DNA of 64,000 bases from Oikopleura dioica. Its lineage: Eukaryota > Animalia > Chordata. The translations under genes and the position numbers were made by a program. Under the pieces are notes generated by a model. It was not told where the DNA came from and did no database searches. It was given only the letters and a program-made list of their open reading frames with translations. This document shows positions 1-13,345 of the stretch, one piece after another (the first letter of the stretch is position 1; every line of letters begins with the position of its first letter). The DNA is taken from assembly GCA_907165135.1 (NCBI GenBank), contig OU015567.1:6572001-6636000 (forward strand), in the 5' to 3' direction.

Positions 1-1
1 A

Positions 2-1325
2 ATATCCGCGGAAAAATGGCAAGTCCCAGATAGTCTTTACGGCATAGAATCATACAAACGCTGGTCGAAAAAATTGGAAATCCATCCGGAGAGTAAAGCC
101 TTGACGATCAACTGGGGGGGAAAAGAAGTGCCTTGTGCTTCCCAAAAGCCTTATTCCTCACTATTTAAAAGCTGCTCATCACAAAGCGCACACCGGAGTT
201 GATCGAACAAGGGAATTGCTATCATGGTCGTGGTGGCCCGACCAATTGGACGATATCCGCGGATTTGTCTCAAGTTGCGACATTTGCCTGAAAAGAAAAG
301 GCCAGGACATGCAGAAAGGTAAACCAGATATGCAGACTCTTTACCGTGCCAAGCGGCCATGGGAAATCATTTATGTCGACTTTATACAACTCGAGCGATC
401 GAAAACCGGTAAATCATACGCATTAACCATTATGGATGGATACAGTCGTTTCTTGTCGGTTTATCCGACTGCGAGGTGCCGAGCAAGTGACGCTGCTCGC
501 CAAATTATGCGTCACATTCTATTGTACGATTTCCCGAAGATTATCAGCAGCGACCAAGGTAAACATTTCCGAAATGAAATGCTGAGTGAGCTTTGTCATT
601 TGCTTGGAGTCAAGCAGAATTTACATGTTCCTTATCGCCCGGAAAGTACTGGATGCCTAGAACGATCACACCGTGTTCTCAAAAATGCGTTATATGGAAT
701 CGCCTTGGAACGAAATCTGTGTTGGGAATTAGTTCTACCATCAGTGGTGAGTACTATGAATAAATGCAAAAATGTGGCAACGCGCGTCTCGCCATTCGAA
801 ATTATTTACGGAAGAAAACCTTCGTTCGACGGAATACAAATGGCCGAAAACCCATCCGCGGATTCTCCAAAAACGTACGCCACTGAAATAGCCGCGACCC
901 TAAGCCGCGTCCACAAGCTCGTCGATTTAGCTCAATCGGAAGCAGACCTCGTCGCTAAAAATAAGGGAAAATCTATAATTGAACCAATAACGATAACCAA
1001 AGGCGACAGAGTTCTGCTAAAAAGACCCATGTCCGCGGAAACGAAGGAGAGCAAGGGCGCTTGGAATGGACCCTTTGAAGTGGTGGACACTAATGGCGTT
1101 ATAGTTCGACTGGACATTAGTGGAAAGCTCAGTTGGGTACACCGACATCACTGTATTCTCTACAAGGACCGTCCACAGCACCTGGACCCGGATTATTGCG
1201 GCCAAAATCAACCCGAGAACCCCGTTGTTAAGAGCCGACCCGACGCTGAACCGGCCTCATCGTTCACCGAAAGATATCCGCGGCGCGTCCGGAAAAAGAC
1301 TGTACCTTTCCAAGGAAGATCATAA
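2..1325 (+). CDS. pol: Ty3/gypsy LTR retrotransposon pol, integrase region (5' part outside window)
   Basis: HHCC zinc finger (HHKAHTG...CDIC), DDE core (VDFIQ, SSDQG, LERSH) and GPY/F motif (WNGPFEVV); no chromodomain. The frame from base 2 joins ORF 135..1325 if one G is removed from the G7 run at 114-120. Confidence 0.92.
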
Positions 1326-1451
1326 CAAATCATTTATTATCACTATTTGATCAGAAAAGACAACGAGGATACTTCAAGTCGACGAACCCGCTCTCGTCAC
1401 CAACTTGGACTCTGCGTCGGTCAACCTTCACGCCAGTCGAATCTGGGGGGA

Positions 1452-1645
1452 TGTTGTGATCGCGAATCTGCCGATTCCCTTATTTGGAGATTCGCCTCGT
1501 GCACCTGCTGTTCATAACCTTCGCCGGCGCAAGCCTCGTTTTCTGTTCACTCTTTAACTTGAAAACTAGCCTAATATACGCTTTTATAAAAAACCGCGGA
1601 TAATTGCTCTCCAATTCTTTTGCAAGGCAAATCGTTACCACAACA
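1452..1645 (+). mobile_element. 3' LTR (194 bp) of the gypsy element, preceded by a polypurine tract
   Basis: GGGGGGA (1445-1451) directly precedes TGTTGTGATCGCGAAT; the end ATCGTTACCACAACA is its imperfect inverted repeat (TG...CA); TATAAA at 1585-1590. Only ~126 bp lie between the integrase stop and the LTR, so there is no env ORF. Confidence 0.85.
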
Positions 1646-1961
1646 ACTGATTCCACCGCAGAATTTGTCTTTCAAAAGAGACCCAAGCCTGAGCAAACTG
1701 AGCAGCCTCAGGACTACAAGGTACTCTATTTATTTCAGAACTATCCTAAACACGCGCTAGGTGAAAGCGAGATTAGAAGTGACCGGTGGAACTTGGCTAC
1801 TTTTCTCCGAGCAAGGCTGGAAAGGCGACCTAGCTGTAGTGACTACTTCTAACAACGGACGGCGAATGAGTTTTGGTCAGCTGGCGACCGTTCGTTCCGC
1901 CAAAAAAACTCTCCTTCCTCGATTAAAATCATCATCAGCATATCATATCGGGCCGGGTTGA
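1646..1961 (+). CDS. 3' part of a gene with a possible beta/gamma-crystallin (Greek key) motif, abutting the LTR
   Basis: Open frame from the first base after the LTR, a phase-0 GT-AG intron at 1721-1760, then VKARLEVTGGTWLLFSEQGWKGDLAVV, resembling the V-x-x-G-x-W-x-L-Y-x-x-x-x-F-x-G motif. Confidence 0.4.
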
Positions 1962-2297
1962 TCCCTGCTCCCTGCTCAGATTCTCGGTTCAAAATAGAAA
2001 CTTTTCTGTACACGCTTTCCCGGTACGGAAATTTATGCGATTGCCACAAAGTTCAAAATGCTTCTGAAAACAATGTAATAGACTTCAAATATCGGAATAA
2101 AAGAGATCAAAGTAAAATTTTATTGGAAGATTCATTGAAAACAGTAATCGTTGCAGAAATCAACGCATGCTCCAGCTTCCGTTTCAAAGACAATGTGATA
2201 GTAACAATCACTGTATTCGTGATGAAAAATGACAGATTTAATCACAGATGTTTAATATGAAAATTTGACCTATATAAATGAGACAGGAATGAAAAAT

Positions 2298-4261
2298 TTA
2301 AACGCAAAAATCTGGTGTAACCTCGAGAACAATTGGATTATAGCTATAAAATTCGTGGCCTCCGATGATTTCAGTACTTATTTCGTCGTCGTTGACAAGG
2401 TGGATTCTTTCCACTGGGAAAAAATTGTAAGACTCATCATCTGTATCGCCAGAGACGAGGTAGATGTAGTCGCCGATCTTCAATGCAGAGGCGCTTGCAT
2501 AACTCTAATTATTTTTCATTATTAATAAAAAAATTTGATAATTTATTTTGATAACCTCTTTGAGATAACCAATCCGCGTCCAAATATCCTCTTTGAGCTG
2601 CCAAATATCTGCATGCGTTCCAGCTTCTATCAGCCTTCCACCTAACATCAGCATGGCTCCATTGTCTAATCCGATGAGAGTATGCTCGAGGAAGTAACTA
2701 AATGATATAAAATTAGAAAGAATCAGAAATTTTTACATTGGATGATCCGGCAAGCTTGTCCATCCCATTGATTCATTGTATGTCTCGACTTTTTTCATCG
2801 CACTGTAAGCTACACTGCCTACAACAGTTGTCGGCTGTCCTTGATAATAGCCGAGGCCCCCGTACAAGTGACCATATTTCGTCGAATGAGTCTCTGTAAC
2901 GCCTACTGTGTCGAAGATCTCGCATTTTTCCGGATCTTGTGGCCAATCAGGAAAACAAATCAATGCTTAAAATCGTTAAAAAGATTAATTAAAAAATTAA
3001 CCTCTTTCTCCGTCATTAATATCAATTGCGGCGGCCCCATAATAGAACTCGTGCATCAATCGAATGGATAATTCATTAAATGAGCATCCGTTCAATTTTG
3101 CTATCTAATTGAAATTATTCTCGAATTTTCATTCAAAGTTTAAAACTTTCCTTGTAACCATCCCAAATTCCGCCAAAAATATACAATTCTCCCTTGACTA
3201 TTGCGTGAACGCTATTTTGCAAATACTTTGTTTCAGGAGCGTTAATATTCGGCGAGACTATTGTTTGACCATCCCCCGAGAAGATATAAGAATCAACTAT
3301 ATTCACAAAGCCAAAGACCAAAATATGCACGTTGTTCTTAAAAATTTGCCAAAATTAGTATCATAAAAAATTGGAAATCAGAGTTGCAAATTTGCTGAGC
3401 TGAGTGAGCTGAGCTGGCTGAGTGAGCTGAGCAGTCGCTCAGCTCAGTGATTTTGGAAAATGATCTGATCTGCTCAGCTCAGCTCAGCTCAGACAATTTT
3501 CACTCAGCTCAGCTCAGCTCAGCTCAGACAACTATCACTTAGCTCAGCTCAGCTCAATGATTTGAATACAATTTTACTATCAAAAAGAGTAAAAACAGGC
3601 TCAGCTCAGCTCAATCAGCTCAGCTCAGCTCTAATTACGGTCCGCTCAGCTCAGCTCAATTCTCTTAAACAAAAGGTCTGCTCAGCTTAGCTCCGCTCAG
3701 TAACCTCCGAAATAGGCAGCTCAGCTCAGCTCAGCTCAGAAAAATTAATCAAAATTCGCAACTCTGTTGGAAATGACTAACAGGCGTATTCTGATCAATC
3801 GTTGTTGTTATCATTGTTGTTGTGGTTGGGCAAAGGGGATTGTCGCAGTCGATGCATCCCTCCTCACAATTAGTACCACAAGGGCAGTTGTCGCGGCAAT
3901 CTTTAAAAGTTTGGAATATTATATCTTTACAATTCTTACTTTGGTAGTCTCGATCGCAAATCGACAGGCAATATTCCGTTTCACAGAGAAGACGGCATCG
4001 ATTATATTCGGCTCGGCACAATGCATTGCATTCAGTTTGCAAGTCGGCATCGCTGAATAAAAGACAGTTGGACACGAAAAAAATCTAGAAATTATAGGAA
4101 TTAGCTTACGGGCAGCTTTTATCCAGATTTTTCTCTTCATAATTCACACTTTTTTGATCATCAGTCTCTTTGAAATCTACGTTTAACCCGGGACGAGCTC
4201 TAGAACCATGAAAGGCTCCCAGCGAGACTTGATAAAACAGAAAAAACTTTGTCGAAATCAT
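2298..4261 (-). CDS. Secreted Cys-rich plus Kelch-like beta-propeller protein (paralog 2), multi-exon
   Basis: Signal-like MISTKFFLFYQVSLG; CxxxC repeats (ECNALCRAEYNRCRLLC, CPCGTNCEEGC); Kelch-like motifs (GELYIFGG, AMLMLGGR, DYIYLVSG); short GT-AG introns. Confidence 0.7.
3379..3766. mobile_element. hAT-type MITE (388 bp) filled with GCTCA/TGAGC pentamers, inside a ~49-nt intron
   Basis: TIR CAGAGTTGC(A/G)AATTT at both ends; perfect 8-bp TSD TTGGAAAT at 3371-3378 and 3767-3774. Confidence 0.9.
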
Positions 4262-4653
4262 TTTTATGCAAAAAAAGTGGACACGGAACACGCGACCACT
4301 TATAAGCCACTTTCGTAGAACGTCTTATGGATGAATAAATGTTCAACTCGTAACTCGCTGCATACTCGAGCAGCTTATATTTGTGTAAATCATAAAAATG
4401 CAAAAAATGACCCAGATTCTTCTGGTTATTTTTTATAAGAAAAGCAAAATTTTAAATTTAATCTCTGATTTTCTTTGCCGGGTTGATCCCTGCCCCCTGC
4501 TCCATACTTTTTGATAAGATTCTCAATTCAAAATAGAAATTATTCTGTACACGCTTTCCCGGTAGGGAAATTTATGCGATTGCCACAAAGTTCAAAAACA
4601 CTTCTGGAAGAATAATAGATTTTAACCGCTGAAATTTATGAAGTTTTTATTCA

Positions 4654-6251
4654 TCAAGGAAAGCAATAGTCATTGCAAGCATTGGTGCAAGCGTCAGGAG
4701 CTGTCTCAAAGACGACTGGATTCCAGCATCTTTGATATTCATAATTAATAACAACTGCTTCAGTTACGTATGTCCCATTCCATGCAAGCCTCTCGACGGC
4801 GTATTTTCCGTCCCTATTTTATTTTAAAATGATGGTTTAACTATTTTTATATAAGTACCCATCACTCGCTGCCCATCCAATAAATACAAACAAATGTGTT
4901 CCGTAGAAACAAGTTGTTCCAAGTCCTCCGATCTATCAAATGAACGCGAATTTTATAAAAACCATTTGTATTCAAATTACCCGTTGAAGTTCCCCAGCTG
5001 TTGTCCATACTTTGTTACGGTAAAGATAAACGCTTTTGATCATTTTATCGCCACCTTCGATCCACTGAGAACCACCCAAAGTAACAACACCATCTTCAAC
5101 CGATACACAGCCCATACAACGGATCGCTAACGGATGATCTGTTTCTCGTCGCCAGCCACTGATCCCCAAGGATTCTACCACTGCAGTGTTCGGTAACTCA
5201 GATTGACGAACTGTTCCTCCACCAATTATAGTCGGGAAATTATTGTCAAGCGCCATGCAACCCCAAACATGATGATTTGCAAGAGTAAATGGGTTATTTC
5301 TTGAAATTTGACCATCGAACTCTTCACATTTGATATATGGATCAAATCCAGAACAGAGCAAAACTTCATCAGGAGATGATGGCACGGTTACAATAGCTCC
5401 CTCTTTAAAGTCATTCAAGAGTCTAACAGACAGTTCTTCAACCCCACAATCAGCAATTTTGGCAATCTTAAGTGTCATACAGTATTACTCAAATATTAAA
5501 AGTAAATACAGTGCGTACCTTTCTTTGATCACTTCCACCACCAAAAATAAAAAAATCTCCATTCAACATTGCAGTGCCTACATTGGATAAATATTTATCT
5601 TCTGGTGTATCATAATATCTGTTCTCCTTGAAATGACCATCAGCAGAAATAATATACTTGTAGCCAAGTTTGTCGCCTTCAGGTTGCTCGCAGAGAACCG
5701 TCATGAATGGTTGACAATGATAGCCGTCCGCACATGGGCATCCGCCAGGACAGCTAGACATGCATGGGCATTTAGAGGCAAATGATAAAAAGGCCTCATG
5801 GCAAGCATTGAAGCAAGTATTATTCGCGACGCAGTTGTTCACACAATCTTTGAACTGAGAGCCAGCCTCGTCGATGCATTGCTTGTAAGTCGGATTGTTG
5901 ATTTGGGGATCTTTGCAGAAACACAATGGATGCGGGCAATCAGAACATCCATCCGGGCAATCATCAAAACACGGGCAAGAACTAACACAAGCTACAATTA
6001 TTCAAGTTTTAATAAAAACCATCATCACTAATTAACCTGAGTAAGTATTCAGACATTGATTTTCACAGAGACTGTCAGCACAATTGTCCCGACAAGACAA
6101 GAACTCAAGTCGACATTGACTCTCACAAAGCTCTCCAAGCTCTTGGTCACTTAATTTTCTATATTTAATCTTAATTTCTCACGCCGGAAGACTTACGGAC
6201 AAGTCCTTGCAGAGCCTTCCACAAAGCTTAAGAAGGCCAAAAAAGAAGCAT
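4654..6251 (-). CDS. Secreted Cys-rich plus Kelch-like protein (paralog 1), multi-exon
   Basis: Signal peptide MLLFLAFLSFVEG (needs a T6-to-T7 correction at 6239-6244); CESQC and CPCMSSCPGGCPC repeats; MLNGDFFIFGGG and VVTLGGSQW Kelch-like motifs; ends ...CNDYCFP*. Confidence 0.7.
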
Positions 6252-6396
6252 TTCTCTTGACTGACGTAAGAAGCTTGCAAGAAATTCTTCTTTTAAGCTA
6301 GCCTATCGTTTTTATGACATCCTCTCAAATATCAGAACTGCTGATAAGGGAAGTGGAAACATAAATCAGGCTAGTTTATTTTCTGAAACAGTCAAA

Positions 6397-7064
6397 TTAG
6401 AATCCTCGGGATCGGAACCACTGTCCTCGGACGCAGGTGTCGTTGGAGTAGTCGTTTCCGGTGGTACCGATGTCCATGCCGTCGTAGGTCTGGACGTTAC
6501 CGCATCCAGCGTTGTATCCAGAAACACCACCCTTGGTCTTCTGGGCAAGAGTCCAGCCAGAGTGGTTTCGGCCGACGCAGTTGATGGTGTCGATGAGGAT
6601 CTGGGTGGCCTGCTCAATGTGTTTCTGGGAGTCCCAGGATCCCTGAGGGTTGTGGTATCGTCGATCGATCTGCATCAAACCGAAGCCGTAGCAGGTGCCA
6701 CCGTAGCAATCACCCCAGCCGAATTGGCCGTTCCAGGTCTGGAGAGCGGCGCCAGCTCGGGACTCTCGGGAGATGATGCCACCGAGGATGTTGTGATCGA
6801 TTCGCTTGGCGGTACCAGCAGCTCGGGTCTGGGACTGGTACTTTCGGAGGTTGGTCCAATCGTTGGAGGCAAGTCGCTCGGAGCAGGTCTTGCCGCCAGC
6901 GCTGCAGTAACCGTCCTGAACGAAAATTGAATCTGAAATCAAGGAAGAGTTCTCACCTGGTTGCAAGTTCCGGAGCAGCCGGAAGCGGAGATTTCGTTGA
7001 CGCAAGCGAAGTTGCCGCACTTGGCGTAAGCACCAGCAACGAGAAGAGCACAAGTAAGCTTCAT
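6397..7064 (-). CDS. lyg: Goose-type (g-type, GH23) lysozyme, secreted, one 41-nt intron (6916-6956)
   Basis: Signal peptide MKLTCALLVAGAYA; motifs GIISRESRAG (catalytic Glu), GWGD, GFGLMQID, KGGVSGYNAG, MDIGTTGNDYSND. Confidence 0.95.
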
Positions 7065-7450
7065 GTTGATTAACAAATGAATGAATTTTTCACCAACACG
7101 CGCTTCTTATTATTTTTTCCAGCTGATGGTTCCCAGTGCATAAGTAAAGTCTGGCGAAATTCTGACTGGCTGTTTGCCAGTTAAAACTGAATAAAACCAG
7201 TTATTTAGGAAATCAAGGCAATAAGTAAAACTCATAAAAAGGAAAAGTCAATCGAGTTTGATTTTATCCCCCTGCGCTCGATCTCTCAGAATGTCACCAT
7301 GGCAACATGGACGAGCAAAAATCGTTATTGGCGCGCCCAGAAGCGTGAATATTATTTACCCCTGGATTTTCTAGAACTGCTTTATTTGCTCAAAAATTTT
7401 AGAGATTTGTCAGATGGTTAAAAGTGAGACTTGGTAGAGGAAGTTCGAAG

Positions 7451-10400
7451 ATGAAGTTTATCGACCCGTATACTGCCGACGAGACTGAGCTTCGGCTCTT
7501 ACAGTCAGAGCCTGTTTCGTTTTTGGTCCTTGGGAAAGCGAAGTCTGGTAAATCAGAGGTAAGTGGAAATTTGGTCTTTTACAAAATATTTTTTCCCTTT
7601 AGCTTGCAGCGCATATCGCTCAAGAATGGGGCGTCAAACTCATTTCCGAAATCACTTTGATCGAGAACGAAATCAACTCCGGCTCTGATTTCGGCATCGA
7701 GATCAAATCTTCCCTCGACAACGGTGGCGTTGTGAACAAATCGCAAATCGCCAAACTCTATCTCAATGCTTTGACATCGGAAGCAGCTGAACATTATGGC
7801 GCCGTTGTTGACGGCATTCCAGATGTCGAAAATAAGGAGCTGCTTAAAATTATTAAAGGAAAAGGTCCAAATTTTTATCCGCAAAAATAGTAATAGTAAA
7901 TAGTAAATAACTGATTTCTTGACCTTGAAAAAGCAAAAACACGAGTCGTTGTTAACATCAAAATGAACAGCGATGATTCCACTCGTTCTCGCTCAACAAT
8001 GCGCTACGATCCCGTTTCCGGCCGTGGCTTCAACCTCGATTGTGCTCTTCCGGAATCCGATGCCGGCGAAGAAGCAGGAGAATCAGATGATTTGGGCGTT
8101 GATTTCAAGGATATCGTCAGTAATGAAAAGTAAGCATGAGTCCCGTCACAACTTCGTACTAAGTTCTCTTCAGATTCATCCAACGATCGGAAGACTTGCC
8201 GGAAGGAATTTCAGAAGATTTGGAAAACTTCGCAACAAAGATTCTTCCCGTTCACGAAGATCTGCTTACAACTTGTCAGCAGAGCTACCGTGGAACTGTG
8301 GTCGAAGTCTTCAATTTCTCCGGCATTTCCCTTCCCGATGTGAAGGAAAACATGATGCGCCAAATTCATGTGCTCGATATTCCCCGCGCACTAATCCCCA
8401 TCGAGCTCAAGAATATCGAAGAGCTGCCGGAAGAAATTTCGACCGATGAGCTGTTACGTTCCGTTCGCAACTTCAACAAGCCCTCCCAGCTCTTCAGGTG
8501 GCGACGTTCTCGCTGGGGTCGATATTGCCCAGTTGCTCTAGCTGATGGAGAGCTCGTTCTTGGATCGCCCAACTTCGCCCTCGCCTTTTTTGGGAAAAAT
8601 GTTCTTCATATCCACCCAGGAGCGATACGAAAACTTCAAAATCAACCCGCGAAAATATCTTATTCCAACGAAACCGAATAATCCTCTTCGAATCGCTGTT
8701 ACTGGCTTCCCCGAGTCTGGAAAATCAACGATCTCTGAAGAACTCGCCAAGCTCTTCAACTGCTCGATCATTCGACCAGAAGAACTCGTTGTCGAAGAAA
8801 AACAAAAAGCGAATAAAGAAGCTCTTGCGAAAAAACGAGCAGAAGTAACTGAGCTCGCTTTGAGCATGGTCCAAACGACCCTTGGAGCCGATGAAAAAGC
8901 AGAAGAAACTGATCCACGAGTTCAAGAAATCATCAACGCTCAAATGGCCGATGCTAGTCAAGCTGAAGGTCCGCCACTTCCACCAGCTGTCTACGTTGCC
9001 AAGATAAAGCAGCACGTGGCCGAGTTGTGCGAGTCGAGGAAAAACGCTGGCGAGGGGCTCTGCAATGGGCGCTGGATTATTGACGGCTTTCCAAATACGA
9101 AAGCGGACTGGAACGCGTTGTCGGAGGAAGGCTTTGTGCCAAATGACTTGATCGTCATTAGATCCCAAAGTGATGGGTACGAAGATCTCATCGAAGCTCA
9201 CTTCTTACGAAATCAAGAACGACTCACCGAGGCTTATCAGACTCGAAGAAAAGCGGAGAAAGAAGAAGGCGAAGATATAGTGATCGAACCACGGCCACCG
9301 CTGACGGCGACAGAATTTGACCCGTTCCGCAGTTCTATTCGAAACTGCGACAGCGCACTCGCTCAGCTCACGACAAACATTTACTCTTCCGAAACCAGCG
9401 TGCTGCAGCTGAAGTATTCCCATGACAATATGGGCGAGATGATCAAGGAGGTCGATTCGCACATCGAAAGTAGGTTCGAAATCCAACCCTGGCCATGGAC
9501 GGGCATCGACCAGCAGGACGAAGAAGACGACTCCGAGTTCCTCGGCGAATCCGAAGAAGATCCTTTCCTCGCAAACAGAGACTGGGGAAATACGAAAAAC
9601 TTCGATCCAGTACTCTTAAAAGACACAAATGTCCTCGTCCCTGGCGATCTGGAGTTTCAAATCAAGTACAAGGACGATATCTTCTGCTGTATGGACGAGG
9701 ATAATCGTGAAAAGTTCCTAAACGCTCCTGAAAAATACGTCTCGAACGAAAAGCCCTCCACTCCGCCGCCGATCAGAATTTGCTGCGTCGGTCAACTTGG
9801 AACTGGAAAGTCAACACAAATGAGCAAACTCGCCAAAGAACAGGGCATCTTCCACATTGACTGGAAAGCGTTTTTAGAAGAAAAGCTTTTGGAGAAATAC
9901 GAAAAGCGAATTGGCCCAAGCCATGTTGAATCTAACCGTCTTTTGGCTGAGAAAAAGCTTCATGAAAAAGAAGCGATGAAAACGATGTTAGACACAATTG
10001 TCTATCCTCCATCTCCAGACAATTCGGAAGACAGCTCGAAAGAGGAAGAAAACGATCCAGAAGAAGAGAGCATCAAGGAGTTCCTTGAAAGCGGCGAGCC
10101 AATTCCTTACGATACTCTGGACAAACTTCTAGCCCAGTTCTGGCGGGAAGACCCTTACAAATCAAAAGGATTCATTCTCGAAGGATTCCCAAGCTCAGCT
10201 GATGACTTGCGATACATCTCCGGCTCGGCCAACTTTCCCGACGCTCTTCTCGTTCTGAAGTGCGAAAAAGAAGTTACAGTCAAGCGATTGCTTCCAGGAA
10301 GAATGGCGACTTGGCAAGAGTGGCATGACTTGAAAGAAAAGCGACGACAGATCATTCGAGAGCACAAAGAAGGCGTTCGGGACAGATGGATCGAAGCCGA

Positions 10401-12910
10401 AACAGCGATCGCCATGGCCGAGGAGGAGATCGAAGAAGGAACGGATGTCGACACGCTGGAGCAGGAAATGCGCGAGCGAGTGGCAAGCAAGTTCGACGAG
10501 GGCTTCTTGGAAGTAGAAGACGAGTTCCCAGAAAGCGTCGAAGAAGCGGAAGAACGACTTACAGGAGAAATGATGAACGAGACTGCCCTGGACCGGGAGA
10601 GATTAAACAACATGTTCGACCTAGTCGAGCAGGCGCAGATTCCCAAGTTCGAAATCACCTGCAACAGAAAGCCAGAAGAAGCATACGCAAAGATCAAAGT
10701 GGCGATGGAAAAGTTCCTCCCGCCTTATAGAGCTGCGATGTTTGAGCGAGTCCGGGGCATTTCTCTCGCACAGGCGGAGAATTTACTCAAAGCGAATTAC
10801 TTCCAGCTCAGCAGCTTTGGCCACTGGGATCCAGTCGAACTCACGAATGGCAACGCCTTTAGACCGCTGGATCACACTGAAGGGGGCGTCAGCTTCCCGG
10901 TCATTTACAAATCGTACATTTACTTCCTCAACTCGCTCGAGAATCGCACCAAATTCGTCCGCAATCCCCTCGCCTATGTCCAGCAGCAGATCTCGTCCAC
11001 TGTCCCCTCTCCTCATTACAATCAACGAATCGCAGTCGTCGGCCCACCAAAGTCGGGAAAAACGACTTTGGCGAAACGAATGGCCACGGAGCTGGGTTTG
11101 TTGAAGGTTTCTGTTGAAGATGTTGTTGAAACGCTGACGAGTAAATTCAGCAAGACTGTTATCGCAGAACAAGGTAAAACAAAAGAATGATTATTTATCT
11201 AATCTTCCTTAGTTCACACGATTTTGAGCGACGGTGGAACCTTGCCCGACGAATTACTCATGATTGGCCTGGAAAAGATCCTCCTCGAGCCGCAAAGTCA
11301 GATCAGAGGCGTTGTCCTCGACGGATTTCCCCAGAGCAAGGCGCAATTTGACGCGCTCCAGAGACGGTCAATTCTGCCGCTTAGAGTTATCGAATTAAAT
11401 ATTAGAGATCAAGAGTGTCACAGAAGAAACGAACATGAAATTGCAGTCAAAGAGGCTTATCATGCCGCTGTTGAGGTAAGACTCCGCTTTTTCTAGACGA
11501 AAATCGATGTTGATACCCTTAAATACTGCTTATTTCTAGGCATCTCTTATTCCACCCGAAAAAGATGAAAACGAAGATGACGAGGATGAAGAAGAAGACT
11601 TCGACGACGAAGAAGAGGAAGAACACGTGCCCAAGGAAATTCCCAAGCCGGAGGAACTCTACGCAATCACACACTCGAAGGAAGTGATGACGGACTTCAT
11701 CAAATCGTACAGAGAATCAATTCCAGACGTAAAAACGTCGTACCACGAGCTCTACAGAAACTGGGAAACTCTGAATGGAAAAGTGAACCGCTGGAAACTT
11801 TGGAGCGACGCGCAGAAATTCTTGAACGGGGCGAATTGTCAGCTTCAGAAGTATATGAAGTGTATCAAATCGAGCAACCTGGCGCCGCTCGATGGCATTT
11901 GTATCACTCCCAAGTAAGAGATTCATCCTTTTCAGATGTTTTTTTAACCTTTGTTCACTAGTGAGTACAACAAACGATTAGGAAAGTTCAACAACTACTG
12001 TCCTGTCTCACTGACGCTTCGAAAAGAGCTCGTCGACTGTACAAAACAAGCAGATAAAAAGGAAAGAAATCAATTCGCGACAGAGTGGAAGGGCAAATAC
12101 TTCCGCGTCCAGGGACAAAAGTAAGCGCCTCCCTCTTTTTTCTCCTCAAACTTTTCAGGGAGCTAGACCTGCTTTTGCAAATCCAGCTCGTTTCCTCGAC
12201 ACGCCTTTGGAACTTCCAGCAGCGCTTCCTTCACAGCTCCCGTCAAAAACCGGAAAAGAAATTCTCGAAAGTGGGAAGACCTCTTTTACCGATTTCTGTC
12301 CAGTAACGTATTCCGAGAGCGGCTGCACTTATGAAGGTTTGAAACGCCCGGACGGATCGTTTGCTGCTTCGTACAAAGGAAAAACGTACGTTCTTTTAAC
12401 TGTCAAGGCTCTGGACAAGTTCATGCGACGGCCGGAAGATTTCTGCAACTTACAGCTTCCTGCCAAAGTGCCTCCCAAGCCGCTGCCGCTCGTCGATTTG
12501 CCAACCGGTGGTTATTTGGAACTCGGCACTGGCGAAGCTCTGACAGACGCAATTGACGCCGTGGGAACTTTCAAGCCGAAGCTGCCGTTTATTTCCGTTA
12601 CAGACTCTTCGTTGATTTTCGTGGCGCTGTATCTCAAAGCGAACAACAAGAATAACCCGCTTTATGTTCGGCAAAAGTGGCAAGCGGCGCTCGACTTGTT
12701 CAAATCGGACTGCGAGAACATCTCTTTCCTCGGCCGCAAAATGACCAGAAGATACAAGCCGAAAGAACATGTGAGAAAGCCCATTTTTGCTATGGAACTG
12801 ACTCTTTTTAGCGATTGCCAGAGCTTGACAAGCGATTGGAGCGATTCTTTGACCTGGAAAAGTGCCCGAGCTATTTGACAAGTATGAAGATGCCTCTCTG
12901 TAAAAAGTAA
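7451..12910 (+). CDS. AK9: Adenylate kinase 9 (several AK domains and YHS-like segments)
   Basis: N-terminus DETELRLLQSEPVSFLVLGKAKSGKS; several P-loops (GFPESGKS, GQLGTGKST, GPPKSGKTT); WGRYCPV, DFCPV and NYCPV repeats; C-terminal YLELGTGEAL...ALYLKANN. Two 1-nt homopolymer frameshifts (8586-8591, 12179-12181). Confidence 0.9.
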
Positions 12911-13345
12911 CTTTATTTTTGTACCTTCTGAAAATATACTTTCATAATCTTCAAAAAATTCGTTGAATTTAATCTCTTTTATTACGTAGAAAATGAAGAT
13001 CTAAGACCTGAAAATCTGTCCTTTTTTACGTCATTTTTTATCCTTAGAAGAATATTATTTCAAGTCCCCACTATCTCCAGTGTATAAATGGGCTCATTTA
13101 GGTTCTGCATAAAAAGCGGTGAGAAAATCACATCCAGCGTCGCGTTTTGACAGCTTTTTGAATACCTGGCGGCTTTCTAGCGACGCTGGCATAAAAAAAG
13201 CGAATCGAAAATTAACCACCAGTTAGTAACGGTCAATCCGTTTCTTTATCACATAACAACACGGTTTAAATAGTGTCAGCATTACAATTTTTTTCAAAGA
13301 GACACTATTTTTGAAAGAGATTTTTCCACAATTATTAGTACAAAA

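Noticed and set aside
1326-1451. env-like gene as carried by some Oikopleura Tor elements
   Set aside because: Only ~126 bp separate the integrase stop from the LTR.
3395-3740. Possible CRISPR-like or other spaced repeat array
   Set aside because: Degenerate pentamer repeats inside a MITE in a eukaryotic intron; no constant-length unique spacers and no cas genes.
8366-12881. Numerous minus-strand and alternate-frame ORFs over AK9
   Set aside because: Shadows of a long coding sequence with no independent protein signal.
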